Shown in pieces: positions 16,900-26,565 of a stretch of DNA of 64,000 bases. The stretch is from NCBI GenBank assembly GCA_036961455.1, contig JBALVN010000001.1, positions 403,337 to 467,336 of the forward strand, written 5' to 3'. The DNA is from Halioglobus sp. (GTDB taxonomy: Bacteria; Pseudomonadota; Gammaproteobacteria; Pseudomonadales; Halieaceae). The notes under the pieces were generated by a model that worked only from the letters and a program-made list of their open reading frames with translations, did not search any database and was not told the DNA's origin. The translations under genes were made by a program, and so were the position numbers. Within the stretch, counting starts at the first letter, position 1, and each line of letters starts with the position of its first letter.

Positions 16900-16928
16900 C
16901 ACATGAATGGGTGGGTTTACGATTCCTG
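16900..16928 (+). repeat. direct repeat copy 2 flanking the parE-phd cassette, embedded in a hairpin
   Basis: The copy reads CACATGAATGGGTGGGTTTACGATTCCTG. The hairpin CCACCCAT-N8-ATGGGTGG spans 16891-16914. Confidence 0.7.
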
Positions 16929-16988
16929 TCGGCCTGGTAGTAACCGGCCGGCTATATCAGCCCCGGGGAAAATATGGATAGTTGGAGG

Positions 16989-17288
16989 CTATGAAGCTTC
17001 TTCTAATTCGTAGGGCTCTACATTTGTTAGTTGACTGTTCAAGCGAGCATTCCATAAGTCATAGGCATTTTGCAATCTCAGCCAATGATCCGCGGAAGGC
17101 TTGCCGAAAGCGATCTCAAGCCTGAGAGACATTTCTGGCGTGATCGCACCTTTCCCATTAAGAATCTTTGACAGAGTCTTACGGCTTACGCAAAGATGCT
17201 CTGCTACATTCACAGTTGTGAGTTTTAGGGGCTCAATAATCAAGTCACGAAGGATTTCTCCTGGATGTGCAGGGTTATTCATACTCAT
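16989..17288 (-). CDS. higA: HigA-family antitoxin (XRE HTH)
   Basis: NPAHPGEILRDLIIEPLKLTTVNVAEHLCVSRKTLSKILNGKGAITPEMSLRL is the typical HigA/VapI HTH. Confidence 0.85.
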   Translation of the reverse strand: MSMNNPAHPGEILRDLIIEPLKLTTVNVAEHLCVSRKTLSKILNGKGAITPEMSLRLEIAFGKPSADHWLRLQNAYDLWNARLNSQLTNVEPYELEEAS

Positions 17289-17562
17289 CAGTGGTAGTCC
17301 TCGTAGTTAACAATTTCCACATCTCTTCCGGTAATTCTGAAAGTCACTCGCCAGTTGCCGCTAACGGCGACAGACCAGATGCCTTTCCTGCTGCCTTTGA
17401 GCGGGTGTAGTCTCAGGCCAGGCAAATCCATGTCATCAGCTGATTCCGCTTGATCAAGGTTGGTCAGTATCAATCGCAGGCGTTGCACGTGTTTTGCCTG
17501 AATTCCCGACGTTTACCATTCCGATAAAAGCGTTCCAAGCCTTTGTGTGCGGAACTGATTAT
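17288..17562 (-). pseudogene. higB: HigB toxin pseudogene (start codon lost, 1-nt deletion frameshift)
   Basis: Two frames together spell IISSAHKGLERFYRNGK / TSGIQAKHVQRLRLILTNL...NYEDYH, a full HigB. The expected start reads ATA (17560-17562), with no in-frame start upstream before a TAA. The frames join only if one A is added to the GGTAAACG run (+ strand T-run 17512-17514). Confidence 0.75.
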
Positions 17563-17623
17563 CGTCGGGTCACTGTAACCTTTGGGGTTACGCTGTCAAT
17601 GAGTGAGAAGTCATTGAGCTGAA

Positions 17624-18637
17624 ATGCTGCCGATTCATGGTTATATTGTGACTATGCAGACAGCCATCGCTAACACAGTCCTTGCAGCAACGGGGGCGCA
17701 AACGATTCGCAGCACCACCGTCATTCAGTCCCTGTGGAGTGGCTACGGCGAGATTGTTCGCCTTGAGCTCGACGGCAGTCCCTATCCCTCGGTGATTCTC
17801 AAGCACATCAAACTGCCGGAAGCAGGTAGCCATCCCCGTGGTTGGAACACAGGGCGCTCACACGATCGCAAAATACGCTCTTACCAGGTGGAGGCTCACT
17901 GGTATCAGGACTACGCCCAGCAATGCGACAGCCATTGCCCGGTGCCTGGCTGCCTGGCCGTCAATGCGGCAGAGACTGAAACAGTACTGGTGCTAACGGA
18001 TCTGGATGCTGCCGGCTTCGATCTCAGAAAAGAGACGGTGACGATTGAAGACATTCATGCCTGCCTGGACTGGCTGGCGAGTTTTCATGCAACATTTCTT
18101 AATAGCCCGGCAGACGGACTCTGGGAATCGGGTAGCTACTGGCATCTGGATACCCGCCCCGATGAATTGGCTGCCCTTGAAGATGTTCGCCTGCGCGAAG
18201 CAGCCGCAAGTATCGATGAGCAACTGCAACAGGCTCGCTATCAAACCCTCATCCACGGTGACGCCAAGCTGGCCAACTTCTGTTTCACGAACGATACCCC
18301 AACACCTGGCGTGGCAGCGGTGGACTTCCAATACGTGGGCCGGGGTTGCGGCATGAAGGACGTGGCCTATTTTGTGGGTAGCTGCTTGGGCGAAGACGAA
18401 TGCGCTGCGTTGGAAAGACCATTGCTGGATTACTACTTTTCCAGGCTGGGTCAGCACGTGACAGACAAACAACCCGGTATAGATACAAGCGAACTGGAAG
18501 CCGAATGGCGCGGGCTTTACGATGTTGCCTGGGCGGATTTCCATCGCTTTTTAAAGGGCTGGAGTCCGGGTCACTGGAAAATCAACAGCTATAGCGAGCA
18601 ACTGACTCGCAGGGTTATCGAGCGACTGCAATCATGA
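17624..18637 (+). CDS. phosphotransferase (APH/choline-kinase/EcKinase-like) family protein
   Basis: It has the [13 protein letters not shown] catalytic-loop motif and a DFQYVG motif. An alternative start is at 17654 (MQTAI). Confidence 0.7.
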   Translation: MLPIHGYIVTMQTAIANTVLAATGAQTIRSTTVIQSLWSGYGEIVRLELDGSPYPSVILKHIKLPEAGSHPRGWNTGRSHDRKIRSYQVEAHWYQDYAQQCDSHCPVPGCLAVNAAETETVLVLTDLDAAGFDLRKETVTIEDIHACLDWLASFHATFLNSPADGLWESGSYWHLDTRPDELAALEDVRLREAAASIDEQLQQARYQTLIHGDAKLANFCFTNDTPTPGVAAVDFQYVGRGCGMKDVAYFVGSCLGEDECAALERPLLDYYFSRLGQHVTDKQPGIDTSELEAEWRGLYDVAWADFHRFLKGWSPGHWKINSYSEQLTRRVIERLQS

Positions 18638-19518
18638 ATCAGCTTGTCCTGCCGTTACAGCAGTTGTGTGAGGTAGCCATCCAGGCGGCTCGGCAGGCCG
18701 GTCAGTTTGTGCAAAGCACGGACCGCAGCAAACTGCAGCGACAATTCAAAGACGCCGGCAGTAGCGCGGCATCGCAGCTTGTGACCGAGGTGGATGTGCG
18801 TAGTGAAGCCATCATACGCCAGCACCTGCAGGCAGCTTCTGAGCAATGGGACATTGCTTTCGTCGGTGAGGAGTCGTCACAGAATGTGCCTGAGGTTATT
18901 CCTGAACGCCTGCTCAAACCCTATCACTGGTGTGTGGATCCGCTGGACGGCACGCTGCCGTTTATGGAGGGCAGCCCCGGATATGCGGTTTCAATCGCTC
19001 TGGTGGATCAATCAGGTGTGCCATTGCTCGGTGTTGTCTACGATCCGGTGAACGCGACGCTGATGCACGCCATCAGGGGGCAGGGCGCTTATCGAGATCA
19101 GGTGCCGATGAAACCGGCCACAGCAGCATCCACATCGCTAATGGTATTTGCCGACGCAAGCTTCAGGGGACATGAAAATTACGCCGACCTGCTCGACACT
19201 CTAAACGGCTGTGCACAGGATTCAGGCCTGGATGGCGTTGAACTGGTGTATGGCAGCGGTGCGGTGAAAAATGCCTGCCAGGTGTTGGACTACCCCGCAG
19301 CTTGCTACGTAAAGTTGCCCAAGCCTGAAGATGGCGGTGGCAGTATTTGGGATTTCGCCGCCACCGCTTGTATCATCAAAGAGGCCGGTGGCTGGGCCAG
19401 TAATATCCATGGCCAGCCGCTGGAACTCAATCGCCAGGGCTCGACCTTTATGAATCACCAGGGTGTGGTGTACGCGTCAAACGAACGCATAGCCCGATAC
19501 CTGATCGATACGCTTTAG
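18634..19518 (+). CDS. inositol monophosphatase / CysQ-like phosphatase family protein
   Basis: It has the WCVDPLDGT and EES metal-binding motifs. An ATGA overlap joins it to the upstream kinase. Confidence 0.8.
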   Translation: MNQLVLPLQQLCEVAIQAARQAGQFVQSTDRSKLQRQFKDAGSSAASQLVTEVDVRSEAIIRQHLQAASEQWDIAFVGEESSQNVPEVIPERLLKPYHWCVDPLDGTLPFMEGSPGYAVSIALVDQSGVPLLGVVYDPVNATLMHAIRGQGAYRDQVPMKPATAASTSLMVFADASFRGHENYADLLDTLNGCAQDSGLDGVELVYGSGAVKNACQVLDYPAACYVKLPKPEDGGGSIWDFAATACIIKEAGGWASNIHGQPLELNRQGSTFMNHQGVVYASNERIARYLIDTL

Positions 19519-19613
19519 CTTGCCTTGCTCCCAATGTTGCTGGAGTGACTTAGTTGTAATGCAGCTGTGGCCCGCCTGCGGCTATAATCCCGGCCACTAT
19601 AAACGGATAGCGG

Positions 19614-20912
19614 GTGAGTTTAATCCTTATGGATGATAGTCAAGTGAAGGGCGATGTAGCGCCTGGTTTCGAATCGGTTAAGCAGCTTTTTGCGCTGCAA
19701 ATGCGTACTCTGGCAGAGGAGCACGCCCAGCTTTGTGTCTACCATCGCGGGGAAAAGGTGGTGGACCTTTGGGCTTCGGTCACGGGTGATGAAACCTTCA
19801 CGGCGGATTCCCTGGTCAATATTTTCAGCAGCGGCAAGAGCCTGGAGGCCATCGCCGTTGCTATGCTCGCTGATAAAGGGCTCATCGACTACGACGCAAA
19901 AATTACCCGGTACTGGCCGGAGTTTGGCGCCCAGGGTAAGGAAGGGGTAACCGTTGCTGACCTGATGCGGCATGAGGCCGGTCTGGCTAATTTCGATACC
20001 TCCCTGGACGCTGCCGACTTATTCACCGAGAACATCAAGAAAAACGCCGTCGGACAGGTGATTGAGCAGCACGGGCTTAGCTACGGGCCTGGCGGCAAAC
20101 GTGAATACCATGCCATCACCCGGGGCTGGGTCGTCAATGAGGTGTTTCGCCGGGTTGATCCCGCGGGGCGCACCATTGGTGAGTTTCTACGGCAGGAGAT
20201 CAGTGGTCCGCTGGGCGTGGATATCGTAGTGGGCGTGCAGGAGCAGGAGCGGCAGCGCATGTTTGCGGTAAGACCACTAGGCTTCGGCTACCAAATTTGG
20301 CAGAGCCTGCTGCCGCGCTTCCTTGGCAGGCGGGTCTTTCACAATTTTTTCCAGTTGTTCGCGCGTATTGGCAAAATCATTCCCTCCTTTATGAAGGGCG
20401 GACGCAAGTCCAAGCCGCCACCGGCATTTACCGAGATGACCGGCCTGGACTATTTCAATGCGCACGACTTTGGCAAGGGAGAAACCTCCTCCGCCAATGC
20501 CACCTGTTCCGCCCGAGGCCTGGCCAGGCTGGGCGCCATTCTGTCTGCCGGTGGCACGCTGGAGGGTAGGGAGCTTCTTTCCGGAGATGCCTGGCAGGCG
20601 CTACACGCCAAACCCTTGTCGGCCGCGATGGGTGGACTAATGCCCACCCGCTTCACCCAGGGCGGGGTCGACTGTTTTCTGCCCTGCACTCCTGATAGCC
20701 CTCTGTTCGAGAGAGCGTTTAACGAGGGTCGCGAGGGCTTCTATGGCTGGATGGGTTTTGGTGGCTCTATTTTTCAGTGGCACCCGGAGCAGGATATCAG
20801 CTTCGCTTTTGTGCCTACGTCCTTACACTATCTGGATTTACTCAATGAGCGTGGCAAGTGCTACCAGGCAGAAGTGCTGCGTTGTGTGGAGAAGTTAGGC
20901 GCAGGGGGTTAG
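19614..20912 (+). CDS. serine hydrolase (beta-lactamase-related, class C-like)
   Basis: It carries an SxxK motif (FSSGKSLEA), and its size and pattern fit beta-lactamase-family esterases. The start is uncertain (GTG 19614 or ATG 19629). Confidence 0.75.
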   Translation: MSLILMDDSQVKGDVAPGFESVKQLFALQMRTLAEEHAQLCVYHRGEKVVDLWASVTGDETFTADSLVNIFSSGKSLEAIAVAMLADKGLIDYDAKITRYWPEFGAQGKEGVTVADLMRHEAGLANFDTSLDAADLFTENIKKNAVGQVIEQHGLSYGPGGKREYHAITRGWVVNEVFRRVDPAGRTIGEFLRQEISGPLGVDIVVGVQEQERQRMFAVRPLGFGYQIWQSLLPRFLGRRVFHNFFQLFARIGKIIPSFMKGGRKSKPPPAFTEMTGLDYFNAHDFGKGETSSANATCSARGLARLGAILSAGGTLEGRELLSGDAWQALHAKPLSAAMGGLMPTRFTQGGVDCFLPCTPDSPLFERAFNEGREGFYGWMGFGGSIFQWHPEQDISFAFVPTSLHYLDLLNERGKCYQAEVLRCVEKLGAGG

Positions 20913-20938
20913 TCCCGTGCCCTTCGGGCCGGTTCAAA

Positions 20939-20995
20939 GGGACAGTTTACTTAATAGGACGATGGCGTAGCAGGTGGATTAAGTAAACTGTCCCC
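20939..20995. repeat. 57-bp minimal copy: IR-L and IR-R separated by a 24-bp spacer (REPIN-like hairpin)
   Basis: The sequence is GGGACAGTTTACTTAA-TAGGACGATGGCGTAGCAGGTGGA-TTAAGTAAACTGTCCCC. Confidence 0.8.
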
Positions 20996-21077
20996 GGGGT
21001 ACGTTTAGTAGCCAATGTATCTCCCCCTTCTCGATCTCAACTAAGTATCATGAGGCCTTCAGCATTAAGGAGAGACT

Positions 21078-23273
21078 GTGTTCTATACGAGACTGAGAGC
21101 TGCAGCATTCTTCATGCTATTGCTGATCCTCCCTTCTGCCTATCTTGTCAGTCAATTGAGCGTGGACAACCGCCAGGAGAAACTGGTCAATCAATCCGGC
21201 CCGGCCGCGCAACTCTACCGACAGTTCAAGCAGGATTTTGGCCACGACGAATTCGTCATTATGGCGCTGTCCGGACGGAATATTTTCGACGAGGACACAC
21301 TGGACGATGCCTTGGCGCTAGTGGAACAACTTGAAGACATAGAATGGGTGGCCTCGGTCAACGGTGTTCCGGTGATCTACCGGGATATCTTTGGAGAGGA
21401 GGATGTAGAGGCACTCCAAGAGGAGATGACCAGCACGCCCTTCTACCGAAACCTGCTAATCTCGGACGATGAATCAGTGGCCGGGCTAATGCTGTTACTG
21501 ACCGAGCTAAACTCGGTTGAGCAGCGTGAACACTTGGTCAGCGCCGTTGAGCAGGCAGCGGCAGAAGGTGAAAAATTGGGTTTTCGAGTGGACCTCGTCG
21601 GACAGCCCATATTTTCAGTTGCCATCAATCGCCTGACATCAGGGGAAGTGGGGCGCACCTTTCCGATTGCTGGCATAGCCGCGCTTTTGATCCTGTTACT
21701 CTTGCTGCGTTCATTTCTCGCAGCCCTGGCAGTACTTACATGCGGCGGGCTGACCCTGTTGTATACCATGGCCCTGGTGCAGTTAGTCGGTTGGGAAATG
21801 AACCTGATTACCAGCTCTCTGCCTCTGGTGCTGTTCGTCCTGGCTATCGCCAATGGCATCCATGTCGCCAGTCGATTTCAGCGCACTCTGCACGATACGC
21901 CCGATCCGATTGCAGCCATGCAAACCACCTTGCTGGAATTGCGCAGGTCCTGTGCACTGTCTTCCATTACCACGATGCTGGGCTTTCTCTCCCTGATGGT
22001 GGCGGACCTGGATGCCATCTCCCAGATGGGCATTTACATGGCTCTGGGTATCCTGTTCTCCCTGCTGACCAATTTCACGGTCGGAGCCTGGTTGCTTATT
22101 GTACTGCGGGTAAAACCTATTGTTGGAGGGAGACATCAGTTCAGCGATATGCTGCAGCACCGGGTGGCGTTTGCAATGCACTACCCGAAAATGGTGCTCG
22201 GTGTATTTGCCATGGTGGCTGCGCTCGGTATCGTCGGTGCCTTCAATGTCAGCGCCTCGGGCAACGAGCTGCAGTTCCTGCCCCGAAATCATGAACTGAC
22301 AGAATCCCATGCATTCGTTTCAGAAAGACTAACAGGCCTCACCGCGGTGGAGGTTGTCGTCGACACACCCGACGGCTGGCTTGAAACTCGCTACTGGCCT
22401 GAACTTGAGCGGCTAACTGCAGACATTGCCAACATTGAGCATGTAAAGCGGGTCTACGGACCGTTGAGCCTCTTGAAGAAAATGAACCAGTGGCACAACG
22501 GGGGTGAGTCACAGCACTACCGGCTACCCAAATCGGGGGCTGTCGCAAAGGACATATTGAGACTACTCGACACTGCCAATAGCGATCAGCTGTCTGCCTA
22601 TACCAGTAAGGACGGTCTTCAGATACGCATCTCGGTTCTGGCCAACCTGCAAGGTGATGCAGCCATAACCGCGCTGATTGCGAAAATAGAGGACATCACC
22701 GCCACCTTGGAGTCGCCGCTACGAGCCCATAGCACCGGCATTGCTGTGCAAATGCGCGAGGTGAATGACGGTCTGTTAACAACCCAGCTGACCAGTTACA
22801 GCCTCGCATTTGTATTGATTTTTACTGCCATCGGCCTGGGCTTGCAGTCCCGGCATTTACTGTGGATGAGTATCCTCCCGAATATTATGCCCATGCTCAT
22901 AATCTTCGTTTTGATGTGGTTGCTGGACATTACGCTCAACGCGGCCACGGTCATGGTATCGAGTATCTCGTTGGGCATTGCAGTCGACAATACCGTGCAC
23001 TTTCTAACCCGCTTCCGAAAACAACGAATTCGGGGAGAGTCACCCGCGGTGGCAGCACAATCGACAATCGCCCAGGTCGGCCCGAGTATTACCATCACTA
23101 CAGTCACGGCCTGCATCGGTTTTTATGCGTTAGTACCCTCCGCCTTTGAACCCATTAGCAATTTGGGGCTCCTTGCAGGCAGTGCTATTCTCGCCGCCCT
23201 CATTTCCAACCTGTTGTTCCTGCCCGCTATAATTGCACTGTCACCCGAAGAGCGACGCAATGCCTATCAGTAG
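21078..23273 (+). CDS. RND-superfamily MMPL/HpnN-like exporter
   Basis: At 731 aa it has two 6-TM bundles separated by periplasmic domains. AGGAGA lies upstream of the GTG start. Confidence 0.75.
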   Translation: MFYTRLRAAAFFMLLLILPSAYLVSQLSVDNRQEKLVNQSGPAAQLYRQFKQDFGHDEFVIMALSGRNIFDEDTLDDALALVEQLEDIEWVASVNGVPVIYRDIFGEEDVEALQEEMTSTPFYRNLLISDDESVAGLMLLLTELNSVEQREHLVSAVEQAAAEGEKLGFRVDLVGQPIFSVAINRLTSGEVGRTFPIAGIAALLILLLLLRSFLAALAVLTCGGLTLLYTMALVQLVGWEMNLITSSLPLVLFVLAIANGIHVASRFQRTLHDTPDPIAAMQTTLLELRRSCALSSITTMLGFLSLMVADLDAISQMGIYMALGILFSLLTNFTVGAWLLIVLRVKPIVGGRHQFSDMLQHRVAFAMHYPKMVLGVFAMVAALGIVGAFNVSASGNELQFLPRNHELTESHAFVSERLTGLTAVEVVVDTPDGWLETRYWPELERLTADIANIEHVKRVYGPLSLLKKMNQWHNGGESQHYRLPKSGAVAKDILRLLDTANSDQLSAYTSKDGLQIRISVLANLQGDAAITALIAKIEDITATLESPLRAHSTGIAVQMREVNDGLLTTQLTSYSLAFVLIFTAIGLGLQSRHLLWMSILPNIMPMLIIFVLMWLLDITLNAATVMVSSISLGIAVDNTVHFLTRFRKQRIRGESPAVAAQSTIAQVGPSITITTVTACIGFYALVPSAFEPISNLGLLAGSAILAALISNLLFLPAIIALSPEERRNAYQ

Positions 23274-23988
23274 ATATATTCTTTTTTGTGTTTTCTTTTC
23301 TTTGGCCACCACAGCGCTTTTCGCTCGGGCCGATGAGCTGCAGGAACGATTCGCCGAAGCGCAATACACCTTTGACCAGACCTTGGCAAAAGACTTGTTG
23401 CCGCAGTATGAGCAACTCGCGCAATCTGCCGATAGCGAGAGCGCCTGGCTGGATTACGCCGCGGCAGCACTGTTGGTTGCCGAACTGATACGCGGAGACT
23501 ACGAGCATTTTTCTGTTGCGAGAAAACAAAAACGGGAACTGGGCAGAGACATAGACAGGGTCGCCAATTCTGCCCTGAAAGCGCTTGCGGTATTACCCGA
23601 CAGCTCGGAACGTTACCGTCTGGAAGCAGACCTGCTGGGTGCGATGATTCGCAGCAAGTTCAAGGGGATGAAATACCAGGAACGGCTGGAACTGGCGATC
23701 GCAAAAGCACTTGAACTCGATGACAAGAATGCCGACGCCTGGGTAAGCAACGCCAAGCGGCCGCTGTTCGCCGCAGAAAAACACGGTGGTGAACCGGCAC
23801 TCGCCCTGGAGTACCTAAACCGCGCGCTGGAAATACGCCCTGAACATGTTCAGGCACTGCTGTTTCGCGGTGTAGCCTACACAAAACTGGGAGAAAGTGC
23901 GCTGGCCGAGGAAGATTGGGTACTGGCAAAAAAACTCAATCCAAATGTCGCGGGGGCACAGGAACGACTGCTGGATATCGAAGTGTAG
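23260..23988 (+). CDS. periplasmic TPR-like protein coupled to the MMPL exporter
   Basis: It has a signal peptide (MPISRYILFCVFFSLATTALFARA) and TPR-like C-terminal repeats. It overlaps the exporter stop by 14 nt. Confidence 0.6.
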   Translation: MPISRYILFCVFFSLATTALFARADELQERFAEAQYTFDQTLAKDLLPQYEQLAQSADSESAWLDYAAAALLVAELIRGDYEHFSVARKQKRELGRDIDRVANSALKALAVLPDSSERYRLEADLLGAMIRSKFKGMKYQERLELAIAKALELDDKNADAWVSNAKRPLFAAEKHGGEPALALEYLNRALEIRPEHVQALLFRGVAYTKLGESALAEEDWVLAKKLNPNVAGAQERLLDIEV

Positions 23989-24081
23989 GGGTTGCCCGGA
24001 CGGGTATCGGAACAGAGCCCAGAAAAATCGTGACCGGCATCCCGGAAGTTCAAGTCGGTTAGGCAGCCCCAGCTTGCCGGA

Positions 24082-26523
24082 CTACTCGTAGCGCAGTGAC
24101 TGTATAGGGCTGGCGGTAGCGATTTTTACCGCGTGTCCCGCAACTATCAGCCAGGCGGTCAGGATTCCCAGAGCGCTGGCCAGGGCGATGATCAGGGGCA
24201 GCATGGTGATGCGCTCGGAAAAGAAATCCAGGTATAGCCCGGAAGCTATGTAGGCCATTGGCATTGCTATCAGCAAGGACCAGAAAACCGGGATGGAGAA
24301 CTGCCAGATCAACAGGCGCACAATCTGGTCGACTCTGGCTCCAAGCACCTTGCGTACCCCTATCTCGCGGGTGCGTTGTTCTGCCATAAACGCGGCGAGC
24401 CCGAACAAGCCGATCAGCGCAAGAGATAGCGCGACCATGGCAAAGCCTGCCAACACCTTGTTCATGGTCTGGAAGATCACGTAGACATCGGAAAATACTT
24501 CGTCCAGGAATCTATGCTGTATTGGGTATGCGGGTATGACTTCTTCCCATACCGCCTCTATTTCCCTGAGTGTCCGTGGCAGGTTCTGTCCATCCACTCT
24601 GACAGAAGCGACGTTGACAAAATTCGGATCATAGAGGAAAGCCATTGGCTTTATCTTGTTGTGCAGACCCTTGAAGTTGATGTCGGGTACGATTCCTACC
24701 ACGGTGAACTGGGTGGGTTCATCTTCTTCGTCGTCCGTGCGCAACTCGAAGTAGTTCTGGCCCAGGGCGGCTTCGGGGCTTTCGAAACCAAGACTCTGTA
24801 CTGCCAGAGTATTAATCATGACATTTACCTGCACAGCATCTTCGCCGTTTACATCGTTGGCGATATCACGGCTGAGTTCTCGCCCGTGCAGCAGTGGAAT
24901 GTCATAGGTCGCCAGGAAACCCTCGTCAATGGCTACATAGTTCAGAAGCATGGCGGCAGCCTCGTCACCCTTGTTGCGCGTTACCTCGGTGGCACTGTTG
25001 CTCTGTTGAAAAGGAACCTGGCTGGAATAGGTCGCGTTCTGGACTCCGGGAATGGCCATCAACTGGCGGCGCAGGGTCTCGTGGCTGGACCTGATGTCCT
25101 CTACGTTGACCCGATCCAGAACCACGATGTTTGACTTTGGAAATATGTTGCTGGATTGCTCTACCTGCTGGTTCTGAAAATACATGACCAATACACCCGC
25201 TAGCATAAAAATCGAAATAGCGAACTGCGTGCCAATCATAATGCTGCGAAAGCGATTACCCGAGTTTCCCTTGAGCATGGTGTTTTGCAGACTCTCGATG
25301 GGACTTGATCGGGTAATCAAGTAGGCCGGGTAGGTGCCGGCCAGGATCCCGACTATGAGTGTGGTCAGGATAAGAAACGGTGCGATAGTGAGGTAATTCA
25401 GGGAAACCAATTTTCCCGACCATTGGTTGAAGGCGGGTATCAGTACTTCCATGCAGGCCACGGCGAGCAGCATGGCCAATACCACGGTGGTCAGGCTTTC
25501 CACCATGAATTGCGCCAGCAGTTGACCCCGGTTGGCGCCGAATGTTTTGCGCAGGCCCACTTCGCGGGCTCGTCCCAGGCTCTGCGCTGTCGCCAGGTTG
25601 GTGTAGTTCACGCAGGCGATTATCAGTACCAGCAAGCCGAGCAAACGTACCGTATCAATGGCGGGAATGCCCATGGCATCCCAGATCATGGTGTTAGCTT
25701 CAATCAGAGGACGTACCCTCAGTTGGGTAATGAACTCGAGTTGGTCTTCGGGCGCGTGTTGAGTGTACACAGCGTTAACCCGGTCATGCAGCCATTGTTG
25801 GCTCTTGTCTGCGGGTAACAGCATGTAGGTCATATCGCCCATGGACAGGTTGTTCCAGTTGTCGGCGAACTGGTAGTCGTCGATGGTCTCAAGTGTTGTG
25901 AGTGGCGCAAATATCACTTCCTCACGATCAAGTAGCAGGCCGGAATTGAAGTGACTATCTGAAGGGATGTCGGCGATGACTGCGGCGACCCGCATGTCCT
26001 GTGCATGATCGAGGGTTAGGATCTCACCGATGACATCAGTACGGCCAAAAAACTTCTGTGCCGCTGAGGCGCTCAGGATGATGCCACTGGGATCGTTGAT
26101 GGCGCTGGCGTCACCGAATAGATACTGGAAGTCGAAAATACGGGTCAGTGCCGGGTCAGCAAAAGAGATGGTCTGGTAGTAACTGTCCTTGCTCACTCCC
26201 ACTGAAATCAGGAATTCCCGGGAAACAGTGCGCGCAATTGCATCAAGCTCGCTCACCCCATTCTCGATCAGCGGTGTCATGGCGGTGTAGATGCTGTCAG
26301 TTTCCAGTACGCCGATGTCGGCACCTGCAGCAAAAACGCTGCCGGCGGTATAGATACGATCGCGATCTGAAAACATGCTGTCGTGGTTTCGTTCATAGCT
26401 TGCCAGAATCGAGCCGAACAAAAACACGGTGAGGCCGATTGCCAGGCCGATGATGTTGATGGAGGCGTAGAGGCGGTTCTTCGCCAGGTTGCGCAGTGCC
26501 AGCTTGATGTAGTTCGAGTACAT
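24082..26523 (-). CDS. ABC transporter permease, double FtsX/MacB-type
   Basis: At 813 aa it has two FtsX-like 4-TM modules with large periplasmic domains. Confidence 0.85.
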   Translation of the reverse strand: MYSNYIKLALRNLAKNRLYASINIIGLAIGLTVFLFGSILASYERNHDSMFSDRDRIYTAGSVFAAGADIGVLETDSIYTAMTPLIENGVSELDAIARTVSREFLISVGVSKDSYYQTISFADPALTRIFDFQYLFGDASAINDPSGIILSASAAQKFFGRTDVIGEILTLDHAQDMRVAAVIADIPSDSHFNSGLLLDREEVIFAPLTTLETIDDYQFADNWNNLSMGDMTYMLLPADKSQQWLHDRVNAVYTQHAPEDQLEFITQLRVRPLIEANTMIWDAMGIPAIDTVRLLGLLVLIIACVNYTNLATAQSLGRAREVGLRKTFGANRGQLLAQFMVESLTTVVLAMLLAVACMEVLIPAFNQWSGKLVSLNYLTIAPFLILTTLIVGILAGTYPAYLITRSSPIESLQNTMLKGNSGNRFRSIMIGTQFAISIFMLAGVLVMYFQNQQVEQSSNIFPKSNIVVLDRVNVEDIRSSHETLRRQLMAIPGVQNATYSSQVPFQQSNSATEVTRNKGDEAAAMLLNYVAIDEGFLATYDIPLLHGRELSRDIANDVNGEDAVQVNVMINTLAVQSLGFESPEAALGQNYFELRTDDEEDEPTQFTVVGIVPDINFKGLHNKIKPMAFLYDPNFVNVASVRVDGQNLPRTLREIEAVWEEVIPAYPIQHRFLDEVFSDVYVIFQTMNKVLAGFAMVALSLALIGLFGLAAFMAEQRTREIGVRKVLGARVDQIVRLLIWQFSIPVFWSLLIAMPMAYIASGLYLDFFSERITMLPLIIALASALGILTAWLIVAGHAVKIATASPIQSLRYE

Positions 26524-26565
26524 GATGGAATCCTGTGTTTTATCCCGTTTTCAGGGGCGTCGCAT

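Noticed and set aside
16052-16928. The TA cassette as an integron gene cassette with attC.
   Set aside because: No intI gene is present, and there is no array of cassettes. The repeat lacks recognisable R''/L''-L'/R' attC organisation. I kept it only as a direct-repeat observation.
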